This document shows, piece after piece, positions 1 through 11,836 of a stretch of 64,000 nt of DNA (within the stretch, counting starts at the first letter, position 1; the number at the start of each line of letters is the position of its first letter). The notes under the pieces are model-generated. The model saw nothing but the letters and a program-made list of their open reading frames with translations, did not search any database and was not told the DNA's origin. Source of the DNA: Selaginella moellendorffii (Eukaryota > Plantae > Lycopodiophyta); assembly GCF_000143415.4 (NCBI RefSeq), contig NW_003314321.1, positions 186,001 to 250,000 of the forward strand, read 5' to 3'. The translations under genes were made by a program, and so were the position numbers.

Positions 1-1925
1 AGTTTGCAAAGTCGGAGGTGGAATATCTAGGCCATATTGTGACATCTAAAGGTGTCAGGACAGATCCAAGGAAGGTGGCTGTGGTGGAAAACTAACCTAC
101 ACCAACTACAGTAGCTGAGTTGCGTAGTTTTCTTGGTATAGTTAGTTATTATCGATGTTTCCAGCATAAGTTTACAGAGGTGGCTATTCTTTTGACGCGG
201 TTGTTACGCAAGAATGTGCCATTCGATGGAAGAACCCACAAGAGGAGAGTTTTGTGGTGTTGAAATGATTGTTGAGCAAGACTCCAGTGCTTCATATTGC
301 TAATCCATCGAAACCTTACGAGATGATATGCGATGTGAGTGGTTATGCACTGGGAGGAGTTTTCATGCAAGAGGGACAACCTATTTCATATGAGAGTCAA
401 ACTTTGAATTTCGCGGAGCAATGTTATTCCACATATGAATAAGAGTTACTCTCTATTATTCATGCTTTGCGGACGTGGTGGCACTATCTTTATGGTGCAG
501 TGTTCGTGGTGTTGACAGATCACAAACCACTTGTGTATCTTTTCACACAGAAGGAGTTGAACACTAGGCAAGCTTGTTAGATGGTCAAACTCATGAAGTT
601 TGGGGAGTTCCTATTGAGCATCGTCCGGGAAAATCAAATGTGGTGGCAAATGCTTTATCTCATGTTTGTCATGTGACAACGTTATAAACACGATTTTGTC
701 ATCATTTGAGTAAGGTGGTCAGCAAGTTTGGGCAGTTGGTTGAGCATGCTCAAGCTTAGGATGCTGAAGTGGCTTCTTTGCGAGACTAGATGGAAGCCCC
801 TTTCTCATTAGTGGATGGGATTCTCTACTATAATGACCGTGTATATTTGCCACGGGTGGATGCATTAATTACTCAAATTTTATTCCACTATCATGATCGT
901 CCAGAGGCCAGTCATTTTAGGGGGAAGAAGTCGTATAACTTGAATAAGTGCAATTTTTATTGGCGGAATATGAAGGCTGATATCCTTAAATATTGTAAAT
1001 AAGTGCCATGAGAGAAACCAGGGGGACTTTTGCAACCCTTACCTATTCCTCAGAGCCATTGGTGTAGTATCTCTATAGATTTCATCACTTGTTTGCCACA
1101 AACATAAAGGCAAAAGGAGCAAATATGGGTTATAGTGGATTGGTTGATGAAGTATGTGTGGTTGTTGGCTCTTTGGAAGACTGTCACTGCCTCAGACTTA
1201 GCTGCAGTTTACTTGGAGAAGGTTTTTCTTGATTTTGGTTTACCAGAGGACATCATTAGTGATCGAGATTCAAAGTTCACCAGTGCATTTTGGAAAAATT
1301 TTGCAAAGGCTATGCAAGTGACTTTGAAACTCTCGAGTGGAAATCATCTTCAGATAGATGGGCAAACTAAGCGTGTGAATCAAGTGGTGGAGGATATGCT
1401 ACATTGTAGCATTGGTCAAAGGCAAGGACAGTGGGATCTATATTTTCCATTGGTGCAATTTGTTTATAACAATAGCCAACACAGTAGAACCAAACTAAAT
1501 CCTTACTTTGCCATGTTTGGAAGGCATCCCTGAACAGTGGTGGAGTTGGGATTGCATTTGAGTAAGGACGTTCAAGATAAGCTTGATTCCAAAGTGATTG
1601 ATCTGCCCACAGAACTTGATGAGATTCTGGTGGTGTGCAAACGGATTTTGCAAGCAGCTCAGGATAGAGTAGAGAAGTATGCCAATAAGCATTGCCAATT
1701 TCGGGAATATAAAGTGGGTGATCTCGTTTTTGTGCAAGTGATCTTTCCGTTAAGTGAGCGGCAGAACACCTTGGTGCCTTTACAGACAGGGAAGAGTGAT
1801 AAACTTTCCCATTGATATGCTAGTCCATATGAAGTGCTGGAGCACATTGGTAAAGTGGCTTATCGGGTGTGGCTACCAGCTTGAGTGAAAATTCATCTGG
1901 TATTTTATGTCAGCCAGTTGAAAGG
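1..1925 (+). mobile_element. Decayed Ty3/gypsy LTR-retrotransposon pol (RT C-terminus, RNase H, integrase, GPY/F region)
   Basis: Translated fragments EVEYLGHIVTSKGVRTDP, ELRSFLGIVSYY (RT thumb); [29 protein letters not shown] (RNase H); ISDRDSKFTSAFW..QIDGQTKRVNQ (integrase core); SPYEVLEHIGKVAYRVWLP. RT-RH-IN order indicates gypsy. Many stops and frameshifts. Confidence 0.93.
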
Positions 1926-2059
1926 TGTATTATCTTGGAGTGATGGGTCCAATGCCTCCTTAATGTATATGGCTATGGAAGATGGACTAGGAGCTTGAGC
2001 AAGGTTCGCCAAAAAGGGTGATCACTGGTACAATTCATCCTTGGGACAAAGACTTTGTT

Positions 2060-2450
2060 GGGAGGGAAGAATTGTTAGTTGCCAGCTTTGACCACATGGT
2101 CAACGTCAGTCAAAAGGAGGCTCAAGGGTATATTAAGGCATGTTAGGGTAAGGGACTCAACCCTACCCTAGGGTTCAGTCTAGGGCAATTAAATCTCAGT
2201 CTTTTTGCATCAGATCATAACACTTAGGGATATAAGAAACACCCTTCTAATATCCCTCTAACGCCACTAAATCCCATTCCATCCACAGTAGTGCTCGTCA
2301 ACACTGCCACTAAGTTAAGGCCGAAAAGCCCGACTACTAAATCTCATTGACCTTTAGGACTTCCTCACCACATGACCATGCTTGGTCACTATATAAAAGG
2401 ATTATTCCTCTTTTCCACTTTGGGATGACATTTTAAAACACCATGGCCTT
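2060..2450 (+). repeat. Polypurine tract and probable start of the gypsy 3' LTR (right end uncertain)
   Basis: GGGAGGGAAGAA at 2060-2071 followed by TGTTAG at 2073, directly after the integrase; TATATAAA near 2390. Confidence 0.5.
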
Positions 2451-2919
2451 TAGCAAGCCTTGTAGGTATTCTCCCCACCTTCCACCTTTGGGTGCCCTAG
2501 CCATGTGGCTAGAGCAAGGTTCCGATGAGCCATGTCAGATATCCAAATAAGTAATGCCACCCACATTTGGATTGGGAGCATTAACCATTTTGATTTTATG
2601 GGGGAGTTAGAGTTAGCTTTTGAACACTTTGCCAAATTACCCCGCTTGTCTGTCCATATTCACTTTAGCCTTGGACTCTTCAGTAGTTATATCATCACCC
2701 AACATATGGGTATAGCCTCATTGGCTCACATTAACTTTTCTTAGCCAAATTAGTCCCACTAAAGTCCAACCCCCACACTCTCCTTACTATACTTTTAGAA
2801 CTAACACCCCCCCAAGGGGAAAAATTGCTTTGGGCTTTCACTCTTTGACTTGTATTAATATTCAGACTTGGACTCAATTTTAGTTTTGGCCTTAACCTTG
2901 ATTTAGTACCCAATCTTGG

Positions 2920-3180
2920 TTTCCATCTCAAGTCCATCTCAGACTCGACTTTGGACTTGACTTTAGACTCCATTTCGAGTCTATCTCAAACTCAATCTCA
3001 AATCCATCTTAGACTCCATCTCGAGTTCATCTTAAACTCCATCTCAAGTCCATCTAAGATTCGATCTTAGGTCCATCTAAGATTCGATCTTAGATCCATA
3101 TTAGGTTCATTTTGAACTTACCTTGGACTCTTTCTCTGACTCGTTCTCTAACTCCATCTTAAACTTCTTCTCGGAGTCAA
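2920..3180 (+). repeat. Degenerate ~12-bp tandem repeat (AGACTCCATCTY-like)
   Basis: Recurrent ccatctc/ccatctt/cgatctt units at roughly 12-bp spacing. Confidence 0.6.
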
Positions 3181-4282
3181 TCTTGACACTTCTATGTGTT
3201 ATGACATTTGCTATGTGTCAGTCCCTTTTATATCCTTTTCTAGATATTTGTTCACCAATCATTTTGTACTTTGAGCACTTCTTTAAGAGTTCCACTCCCA
3301 CTCTCGACTTTCTGAAACGGAACTTTTGGTCCAAATGTGTTATGCTTATTGGACTTTTGTTTTAACCCTGAACTTTTACTTTAACCATTGCAATATGGCA
3401 CCCTTTCAACTCCACTTTGGGGCTTAGGGATTTATATCTTATAAATTCTTTCAAAAACCTCTTATAGATTATGTCATTTTTCAAATGATTTTATATATGC
3501 ACTAAAGAGAGATGTAATTATGATTAGCTAACTTTTACATCTTTGAATGGAAAAGTTAGATCATATACGAGTGCCATGATGTCCTAAAAACAATTAAAAT
3601 CTTTAAAATTCACTAAAAGCTATAAATATATTTTCAAACTTATATTTCTTGATCTCTTTCTCTCTTGCTCTAAGATATATTTGTGAAAGACCTAGCTCAA
3701 TCTTATATAACATTTTCTATGAAATTTCATATGAAATTATTTCTTCAGCATTATACTCTTGTTTTCAAAACCTCTGTAAGAAAATGAAATGTTAAACCTT
3801 TCTATTCAAGATATATGAAACTTCAGATTCAGGTTATTTCTTCAACATTATACTCTTGTTTTTGGAATCATTTAAAAAAGAAATATAAAACCTCTCATTT
3901 TCAAAGACAATCTTCAATAGAACAGAAATATTTTTTCTGCCTTGCCTGACAACACATCTTCACTCCAGTCCAATTCAAAGTCAACATAACAAGCGTAGTT
4001 AAATTCTAACTTGAGGACCTCCATATTACATGTAGTTTCTGTGTAAGCCGGATGGAAGCATCACAACGTATTTGTGTCAAGGATAGGTAGCTGGACCAAA
4101 CTTATTTCTTCACATCATAAAATCTATGTCTAGGAATAACTAGAAAAATCTTTGTGTATTCGAATTCCAAAGTAATCTCGAAAGAATACGAGCTACCAGG
4201 AAGGCGCGAAGAAGCCCCAAATGAATCTTCTCGTGATAGCTGAAATTATATATGGTGTGCCAGGAAAGCGTAAGTACCAGCC

Positions 4283-5742
4283 ATGGCTGCCCGGATTCCA
4301 TGGTACGTGTGGCTGGTGCTGGTCTGTGCGGTTGTGGCTGTATCATCCGCCGGGGCAGTGAGTTTTCTAATCAGTCAATTCACTGAAAACTTTTCTCTTG
4401 ATCACACGATGTTTCTATCTAGGTGACCAAACTGATGAAGCGCGCCGCCCCAATCTCCAATGCAGCATGGAGATTGCAAGTCACGGCAATGATCCTTCTG
4501 CCTGGATTCATTTGGGACTGGTGCCGCCTCTCTCCCCAGAAGCGATGTATGTTCTTCACATGGCGACCTCTTTGCGTGCTTGGAATCAGTGCTCTTGCAA
4601 TAGCCTTGCACTTCGCCCTATGGGTATAGAATTGTATTGCTTAGATCGAGAAGGGGGTTCACGCTTACAATTCGATATCCAGGTATGGTCACTGGATCAC
4701 ACATCCCTTCCACATAGCCTCCTCTTTGTTTCGATGCCTCCGCTCATCATCGCTGTTCTATCCTGGCTGCGCTGTAAGCCCCTGAGCAAAGGAGAGAACG
4801 CCGGGGTGTTCTTGGGTTTTGCTGGGGTTTTGATCATCGCATTTGCTAGCAAGTCCGATGGTGACAAAGGCATCACTTTCCTGGGGGATTTGATGGCTTT
4901 CCTGGCGGCTGTTGCGTTTGTAGCCTACATGTTTGCTGGGAACAATCTGAGAAGTGAAGCTCTAGACTTATCTTTCTCTTTTTCTTTGCAAACTTGGATG
5001 ATCTTTGCAAGTATTGGATTTCATTCTTTCGGTGGGTCTTGTTTGTCATTTTACCAGGTTGGATGCCGCTCTATCTCTATGCCTTCCCTGTAACGGGTGG
5101 AGGAGCTCTCATTCTGGGCATCGCTTGTGAGTTTATGGAGAACTACCATTCCAGATCGTGGAAGATTGGTGGACCTTTTGCATGGACGAGGCGAGGTTTG
5201 GAGAACAGTTCTCCAATCAAAAGATATAGTTGCTTATGAGTTATTTGCAGGTTTCTGGGCTCCAACGCTTTTTTTGGCAATCGGCCCTGGTCTAATCGGT
5301 CACACGGGTTTGAATTATGTTGTCAAGTACACGGGGCCTTTGATCATTTCCATGGCTGTCACGCTGGAACCTGTGATTGGATCTCTCATCGGCTGGGGGA
5401 TTCACGTCTCCTCAGCTCCCGGGTATAAGCACAATCCAAAGTTCTTTTAATTCACACTGGTATGTGTCTTAACAGTGTGTTTACTTGCGTTGGAGGAGCG
5501 CTTCTGATATTTGGGACCCTGGTGGTGAATTACGCCAATGGAAGAGCTACTAAGAAGAAGTTAGAAGCAGAACAAGCCAGACAGGTGTGGAACATCAGAA
5601 TTCATGAATGCTTACTGTTGGTCTTGTGCAGCAGCAAGAACTGCCTCAAAACGACTCTAGTATTGACGCAAGTCCAGCTCCAGCTTCACAACATCAATCT
5701 CACCAAGCTCCACAACATGAACAGGAGCTTGCAAATGTCTAA
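4283..5742 (+). CDS. EamA / drug-metabolite transporter (DMT) family membrane protein, multi-exon
   Basis: Spliced frame MAARIPWYVWLVLVCAVVAVSSAGA|VTKLMKRAAPISNAAWRLQ..LHFALW|VWSLDHTSLPHSLLFVSMPP..GDLMAFLAAVAFVAY..GPGLIGHTGLNYVVKY..LEPVIGSLIGW. About 10 hydrophobic segments in two EamA repeats; GT-AG introns; TAA at 5740-5742. Confidence 0.85.
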
Positions 5743-5829
5743 ACAGTCCATAACACTCACCGAATTAACCGAAGGTCACAGAACTTTTCTCAAATAGCTG
5801 CTTTAATCAACATCTGAATTTTCACCAGG

Positions 5830-6294
5830 NNNNNNNNNNNNNNNNNNNNNNNNNNNNNNNNNNNNNNNNNNNNNNNNNNNNNNNNNNNNNNNNNNNNNNN
5901 NNNNNNNNNNNNNNNNNNNNNNNNNNNNNNNNNNNNNNNNNNNNNNNNNNNNNNNNNNNNNNNNNNNNNNNNNNNNNNNNNNNNNNNNNNNNNNNNNNNN
6001 NNNNNNNNNNNNNNNNNNNNNNNNNNNNNNNNNNNNNNNNNNNNNNNNNNNNNNNNNNNNNNNNNNNNNNNNNNNNNNNNNNNNNNNNNNNNNNNNNNNN
6101 NNNNNNNNNNNNNNNNNNNNNNNNNNNNNNNNNNNNNNNNNNNNNNNNNNNNNNNNNNNNNNNNNNNNNNNNNNNNNNNNNNNNNNNNNNNNNNNNNNNN
6201 NNNNNNNNNNNNNNNNNNNNNNNNNNNNNNNNNNNNNNNNNNNNNNNNNNNNNNNNNNNNNNNNNNNNNNNNNNNNNNNNNNNNNNNNNNNNNN
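5830..6294. other. Assembly gap (N run)
   Basis: 465 N. Confidence 1.
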
Positions 6295-6461
6295 GCAAAA
6301 AAAAGCCTAGGAGGAACTGCAAAATATAAGTAAACGATGTTGTTGGAATATCATGGCTAATGACCGGGTCTCGAGTCAATTTGGGTGTGGATTGTTTCCA
6401 GGAAGGTCCAGTTCAATCTACCTGTCGTCGTGCTATAACAAAGTTTGCTTTAGATCTAGAC

Positions 6462-8521
6462 ATGGAGGCCAAGTTTTTGATGTTTCTAGGATCCGTCTTG
6501 TTAGAACACTTCGTGCTACTAGTCCGTGCTCAGAACACCAACATTGAGGCTGCTGGATGTGACCGACTTGCAAGTGCAAGAGATTGCAAAGCAGGCCATC
6601 TTGAATCGCGCGAATGTTTGTGGTGAGGGTCACATTCTAGATCATGTCTATACAAACTTGTGTCATGAAGTCTAAGAATGATTGCTGTGCAGGGAGTCTA
6701 TCGACTTGCTTGCCAGAGACTTGCATCAGGCAACCCTGCAGGCCGCAGTCCCGGGATGAGATCCAGAAGCTCTCATGCATGGGGCTTGCACAGCTTCGGG
6801 AAATGGAACATGTCGCTACGTTAGCGTGTCTAGCGAGAAATCATACATCAGGTTGGTTGTCTCACATCTTTGCTAGTATTTTCTTTTGAGATTTCTTAAA
6901 ACGTCCAGGGTCTCACCCGAGCTGGCTTCCGAGACTGATACTGCTGCGGTCTTGTGCGCTCAGAAACCTCTTGACCACAAATTACAACAGGCCTGCAACA
7001 GCACAACGAATATCTAGGCATTGAAGGCTATTTATACGTTTATCCAAGCCAGGTACAAAGTTTTCGTCTTCCATTTGATTTTAATTCATGAAAGGCATAA
7101 ATAATCTACAGGACTATGCAGACAACGAAAGATGTAACACATATGATCCGAGACGCAGGCCGTGGTACTTGAATGCCTTCGCAGTTCAGAAATCACTCTA
7201 CATTGTTTTGGACAAATCGTTGTCCATGAGCAATCTTGTTGGACCTTTGTCATCCCAAAGCCGTCTGGCCGCTGCCAGAAGCGTTCTTAAGGCACTCCTG
7301 GACACTCTCACGAATGGAGACCAAGTAGCAGTGTCAACGATTAGTGGTGAACCTATTGCCGCTCCAGTAAGATCTTCTAAGTTATCATTCTTCTTAAGGC
7401 TTTGGTTTTGCAGGTTTCAGCCTTGCTTGAAAACCTTGTAACATCATCCAATGCTCTTGGTATTTCGTCCCTCAAGGATGCCATAGCCAAGGTCAAAGGC
7501 GACAATTCACCCAAGGATATCAAGAAAGGTCTTGCTGCGGCCCTTGATTTCTTCAATTCCAGCTCTAACTTAAACGTAAAGATCATCCTCTTTCTTTGTC
7601 TGTCACTAACAGTGCTCGTAATGTAAGGTAATACTTCTCTTCACGGATACTTCAGAGATTTGAATCCACTCTTTGCACAACTCAACGACAAAGGTGTTGT
7701 GGTTTTTTCTACAACGATGCCACTTTCCAGCAGATGCAAGATAACCTCAACATGACTTACGAGGCTGTGAAAGACGAGAAAAATCCCCTGCTCAACATTC
7801 GGAGCTACTTTCATTACATCGCTTGGCTTCGCTTTGTTGCCGTGAACAAAAAGCCTACGTGGGTGCCTGTTTACGTTGATGCCGCCGAGCTTGGAAACGT
7901 GACGAGCTCAATATTCCCAGGTAAACCGGAGCTCCTTTTCTTGTCTTGGTCCTTTGATCATCTGACTACTGCTGTAGCGTTCGATGCAAATCAGCGTTTG
8001 ATCGGAGTTGCATGCATTGACATTATTGCCGAGAAGCTTATCAGCAGGCACGGCAGCGCTGTTGTTCAAGAAGCAGTGTCTAAACGGAGCTTCCATTCTT
8101 CAGAGAATGTGAAGCCTCTCCCTCTCACTCAACCAGTTAAGTCCACAAAACCCCCAGTTTTTCAACTTATCGCTGACATTACCAGTAGGTCTCGAATGCA
8201 ACCATTATCAACTGTGGTTTTACTGGGAAGCTGACTCCCATTTGCCCGCAAAGAGATTTTTCGACACCGATCACAGAGTTCATGTGCTGTGGCGATTGTG
8301 CTGTTTCCAGCACCAATTCTTCGAAGACTTCATTGGCGGTTGGTGCCATTGCTGGTATTTGCGTGGGAGTTCTTGTTCTGGCTGCCGCTGCTGTAGTTCT
8401 CTACTGTAAGTGCTGCAAATCCCCCTCGCCTACCACGAGTGAAACTCTCATCGGGGCTGAACAAGAAGTGTGGGTGACTGGCCCATCGCCGCAGAGGTCG
8501 CCTAATAACACAACTGATTGA
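6462..8521 (+). pseudogene. alpha2delta/CACHD1-like VWA-Cache membrane protein, paralogue A1 (frameshifted)
   Basis: Signal peptide MEAKFLMFLGSVLL..VRAQ; YDPRRRPWY; MIDAS-like DKSLS; WVPVYVDAAELG..LIGVACID; TM helix at about 8335-8405. A 2-bp deletion after NTNIE and internal deletions near 7015 and 7650-7710 relative to the paralogues. Confidence 0.85.
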
Positions 8522-8820
8522 AAGAGAGCCTTGCTTCGTTTACTTCATTTACAACTGAAACTTGGCCCAGCCTGCGATTAAACTCATCAGCAACAATGGA
8601 CAAGTGAATGAACAGTCTAGCCCGGTGTCCAAAAAAATGTAGAAATGTAGTCAGGAGATGTCATCATCAGCCTTTGGGCGATGGTTGGCAATACGTAGAA
8701 GTCCACACGGTTTAGGATAGCTAAATATCAGATAAAAATCAACACGATGGTGGTTCGTGCTTCCAGGAACCAACGAGGGCTTGATAAAATCAACGCCACC
8801 ACTTTTGCAGGTTTGAGCGA

Positions 8821-10985
8821 ATGGAGAGCTCCCTCTTGCTTAGATCCGCCTTTTTAGGAGTCTTGTCTTTGCTGCTAGCAAACGCTCAAGATAACATCGA
8901 AACAGTGCTGAACGAGACCGACTTCCAGGTCCAGCAAATCGCGAATCAAGCAATCTTAAATCGAGCCAATACTTGTGGTAAGCTCTTGAACCTCAAGCTC
9001 AAACAACTTTGTAGAGTATTGTCACTCCAGGAAGTCTATCGGATTGCTCACTCGACACTTGCAAAAGGCGCCCTTGCTGGCCGCAGTCCAAGGATGAGAT
9101 CCAAAAGCTCTCTTGCGTTCCAGTATTGCGCAATGGAGACTGCACGTCTCCGGCAAATGGAACTTGCCAGAGCTTAAGCGTTTCAACTCAAAAAACATAC
9201 CTCAGGTATCTGGCTTGTCAATGTACAGCTTTGACTTGAGATGTTGCTATGATCATCTAGAGTCCCACCCGATCAAGACCCGGAGAAAGATCGAGATTTT
9301 CAGACGGTCTTGTGTGCTCAAAAATCTCTAGACAAGAAGCTACAACAGGCCTGGGATAACACGAAGAAGTTTTCCCTTGGCTGGGCTTTCTTTGGAGGGA
9401 TTGAAGGATACTTGTATGTTTACCCGGGCCGGGTAAGTGTACAATAAGCATTTCTTCCCTGCAAGCGAGAGTTTATGTCTTTATATTGACAGGACTATGT
9501 CGACAGTGGGCAGTGTGATCTTTATGATCCAAGGCTCAGGCCATGGTTTCTCAATACTTTGGCGGTCCAAAAATCGCTCTACATTCTCTTGGACACCTCC
9601 ACTTCCATGAGCAATCCCACTGGAGTTTTATCCTCCCAAACCCGCTTTAATGTTGCAAGTAACATCATTACGCAGCTGCTAAATACCCTCACTAATGGAG
9701 ATCAAGTGGCTGTGTCAACGATCGGTGGTGAGAAAATCGGAGCTCCAGTTAAGTTTTCATCAGAAACTAGGATAATTTCTGATTATGAGGTTCTGAATTC
9801 CAGGTTTCCGTAGTTCTTGACGTCCAGGAAACCTCTTTGTATCTGGCTGGAATCTCATCCCTCAAAGATTCCATAAGCAACACAAGTGTTACAAACTCAG
9901 CCAGTAACATAAAGAATGGGCTGCAAGCAGCACTTGATTTCTTCAACACCAGCTCCAACTTGAATGTAAGATGCTTTTCGTGTGATAATCACAAGAAATC
10001 ACATTGGTTTCTTCAACTTGGCAAATCCCAGGTCATAATCCTCTTCACAGATGGACAGTTTGTCACCCCTGGCAATTTCAACTTCACCCAACTGAGCCCA
10101 GTTTTAGCACAGCTGAACGCGAGAAACGTTGTGGTGTTCGTATACAGAATCGGGTCCTTCACGTCCAACGATGCCACTTTCCAGCAAATGCAGAGCAGCC
10201 TCAACATGAGCTACGAGGTCATCAGTGACGACAAAAACCCACTGCTCAAGATCCACAGCTACTTCGACTACATTGCATGGCTTCGCTTTGTCGCTGTCAA
10301 CAAGAAACCGATTTGGGCGAGTCTGTATGCCGATTCTGCTGGCCTTGGCAATGTCACAACTTCCATCTTTCCAGGTTTGTATAGTACTATTATTTATTCC
10401 TCTGCTTATTTTAATTGCATGCAGCTTTTGATGCAAATCAACAGCTGATTGGAGTTGCATCGATAGATGTTCTTACTGATAGGCTTGTCGCGGAGTTTGG
10501 CCAACCTACAGTTGAGAAAGCTATATCTGAACGATCACACTTTGTTCCTTCACTGCAAAAGCCACTTCCTCTCGCTCAAACAGTTACGTACAAACTTTTG
10601 GAACTTCTATTTTGCTTTTTAGATTGAGAGAACTTTGATTTTGCAGCTCTCCAATGCGACCATCAGCTGTGACTTCCGCGGGAGCCTGGCTCCAATCTGT
10701 CCAAGAGGCGACTTTACCACGCCCATCAGGGATTTTATATGTTGTGGAGCTTGTGCCGCTACAGCCAGTGCTCCTCCTCCTCCTCATCGTTCCCCAAAGA
10801 AGCCAACGGGTAAAGTAATCGCTGGTATCGCTGCGGGCGGAGTTGTCGCCGCTTGTGCCATCTTCGTTTCCGCCGTGTTTTTGTGTCGTAAGTGCCGCAA
10901 ATCTCCAACTGAAAGTGATAATGACCAACCTCAAGAACCGGACTGGTTGGAACCAACGAGATCTCCTCTGAAACAAAACTTGTAA
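8821..10985 (+). CDS. alpha2delta/CACHD1-like type-I membrane protein (VWA domain inserted in a Cache domain), paralogue B1
   Basis: Signal peptide; Cys-rich N-terminus; WAFFGGIEGYLYVYPG; DLYDPRLRPWF; ILLDTSTSMS (MIDAS DxSxS); IILFTDG; WASLYADSAGLGNVTTSIFPAFDANQQLIGVASIDV; Pro linker; TM (VIAGIAAGGVVAACAIFVSAVFL); short tail. No lesion seen across short GT-AG introns. Confidence 0.88.
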
Positions 10986-11599
10986 TCTTATTCCTCGGAC
11001 TCCTTCCGATCTCCAAAACTCGTCTTTTTATATACATACTTTCGCACACAAAACAAGAGCTTTGCTTTAGAACAGAAAGAAAAACTTGAAACACTTACAC
11101 TACCACGAAGAAGAAGAAGAAGCTCTTCAGCTCAAGGGGCCGCCATGGGCGATCGGGGGCGGAAGCTCCTGCTGGATGTGAGCGATGCGAGCGGTTGGCC
11201 ACTCGAGTGACATCTTCCGCAGCGGGCTCTGGAGGTAGACGGCGGCTTTGCGCTTGACCCACTCGGGGTGCTCGATCTCGAACAGCCTTTCCCGGAGGTC
11301 GCGAGTGATACTCACGTTGGGATGGGCTACGTGCTCCCACCAGAACGTCCACACCCCCAGCCCAATGGCGAGCAACACCATTCCCGCCAGAGGAAGCACC
11401 GGAAGGAGTTCTCTGCGAAGGATGTCAGTCGTTACCATCTTCATCCCGTTTTTCCTGCACGGTACCTGGTACACTCTGTGCAGTGGATCCACCTTAGAGG
11501 AAAACGAAAACAAGAAAGAAAACTACCTTCCGCGCTGATGCAAGTATTCGGATGCTGTCTGCCTGTTCATCACACCGGTGTAAGGATTTGGAACAACGT

Positions 11600-11830
11600 T
11601 GTAACGGTGACGCTGGTGATAACGGTGTCCAGTTTTAACTGAGTGCTGACGTGGCAAGTGGGCGAGCGAGGGTTCTTGGTTGAAGAGGGAGGATGGGAGG
11701 AGAGAAGTGATGGGCGCTAGATGTGAGCGCACAGGTGTGTTCTAGTGGTTCAGAAGTGGATCTCTTTTGGTTTCTCTGATTTCTTTGCTGGTGTCCATGA
11801 ATGGAGGCGGTCCCTGTTTAGACCGCTACA
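11600..11830. mobile_element. Solo LTR (231 bp) with 4-bp TSD
   Basis: TGTAACGGT...ACCGCTACA termini (8/9 inverted match, TG..CA), flanked by ACGT at 11596-11599 and 11831-11834. Absent from unit 2. Confidence 0.8.
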
Positions 11831-11836
11831 ACGTCT

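Noticed and set aside
5822-6379. ORFs spanning N runs (also 56340-56957)
   Set aside because: Artefacts of assembly gaps.
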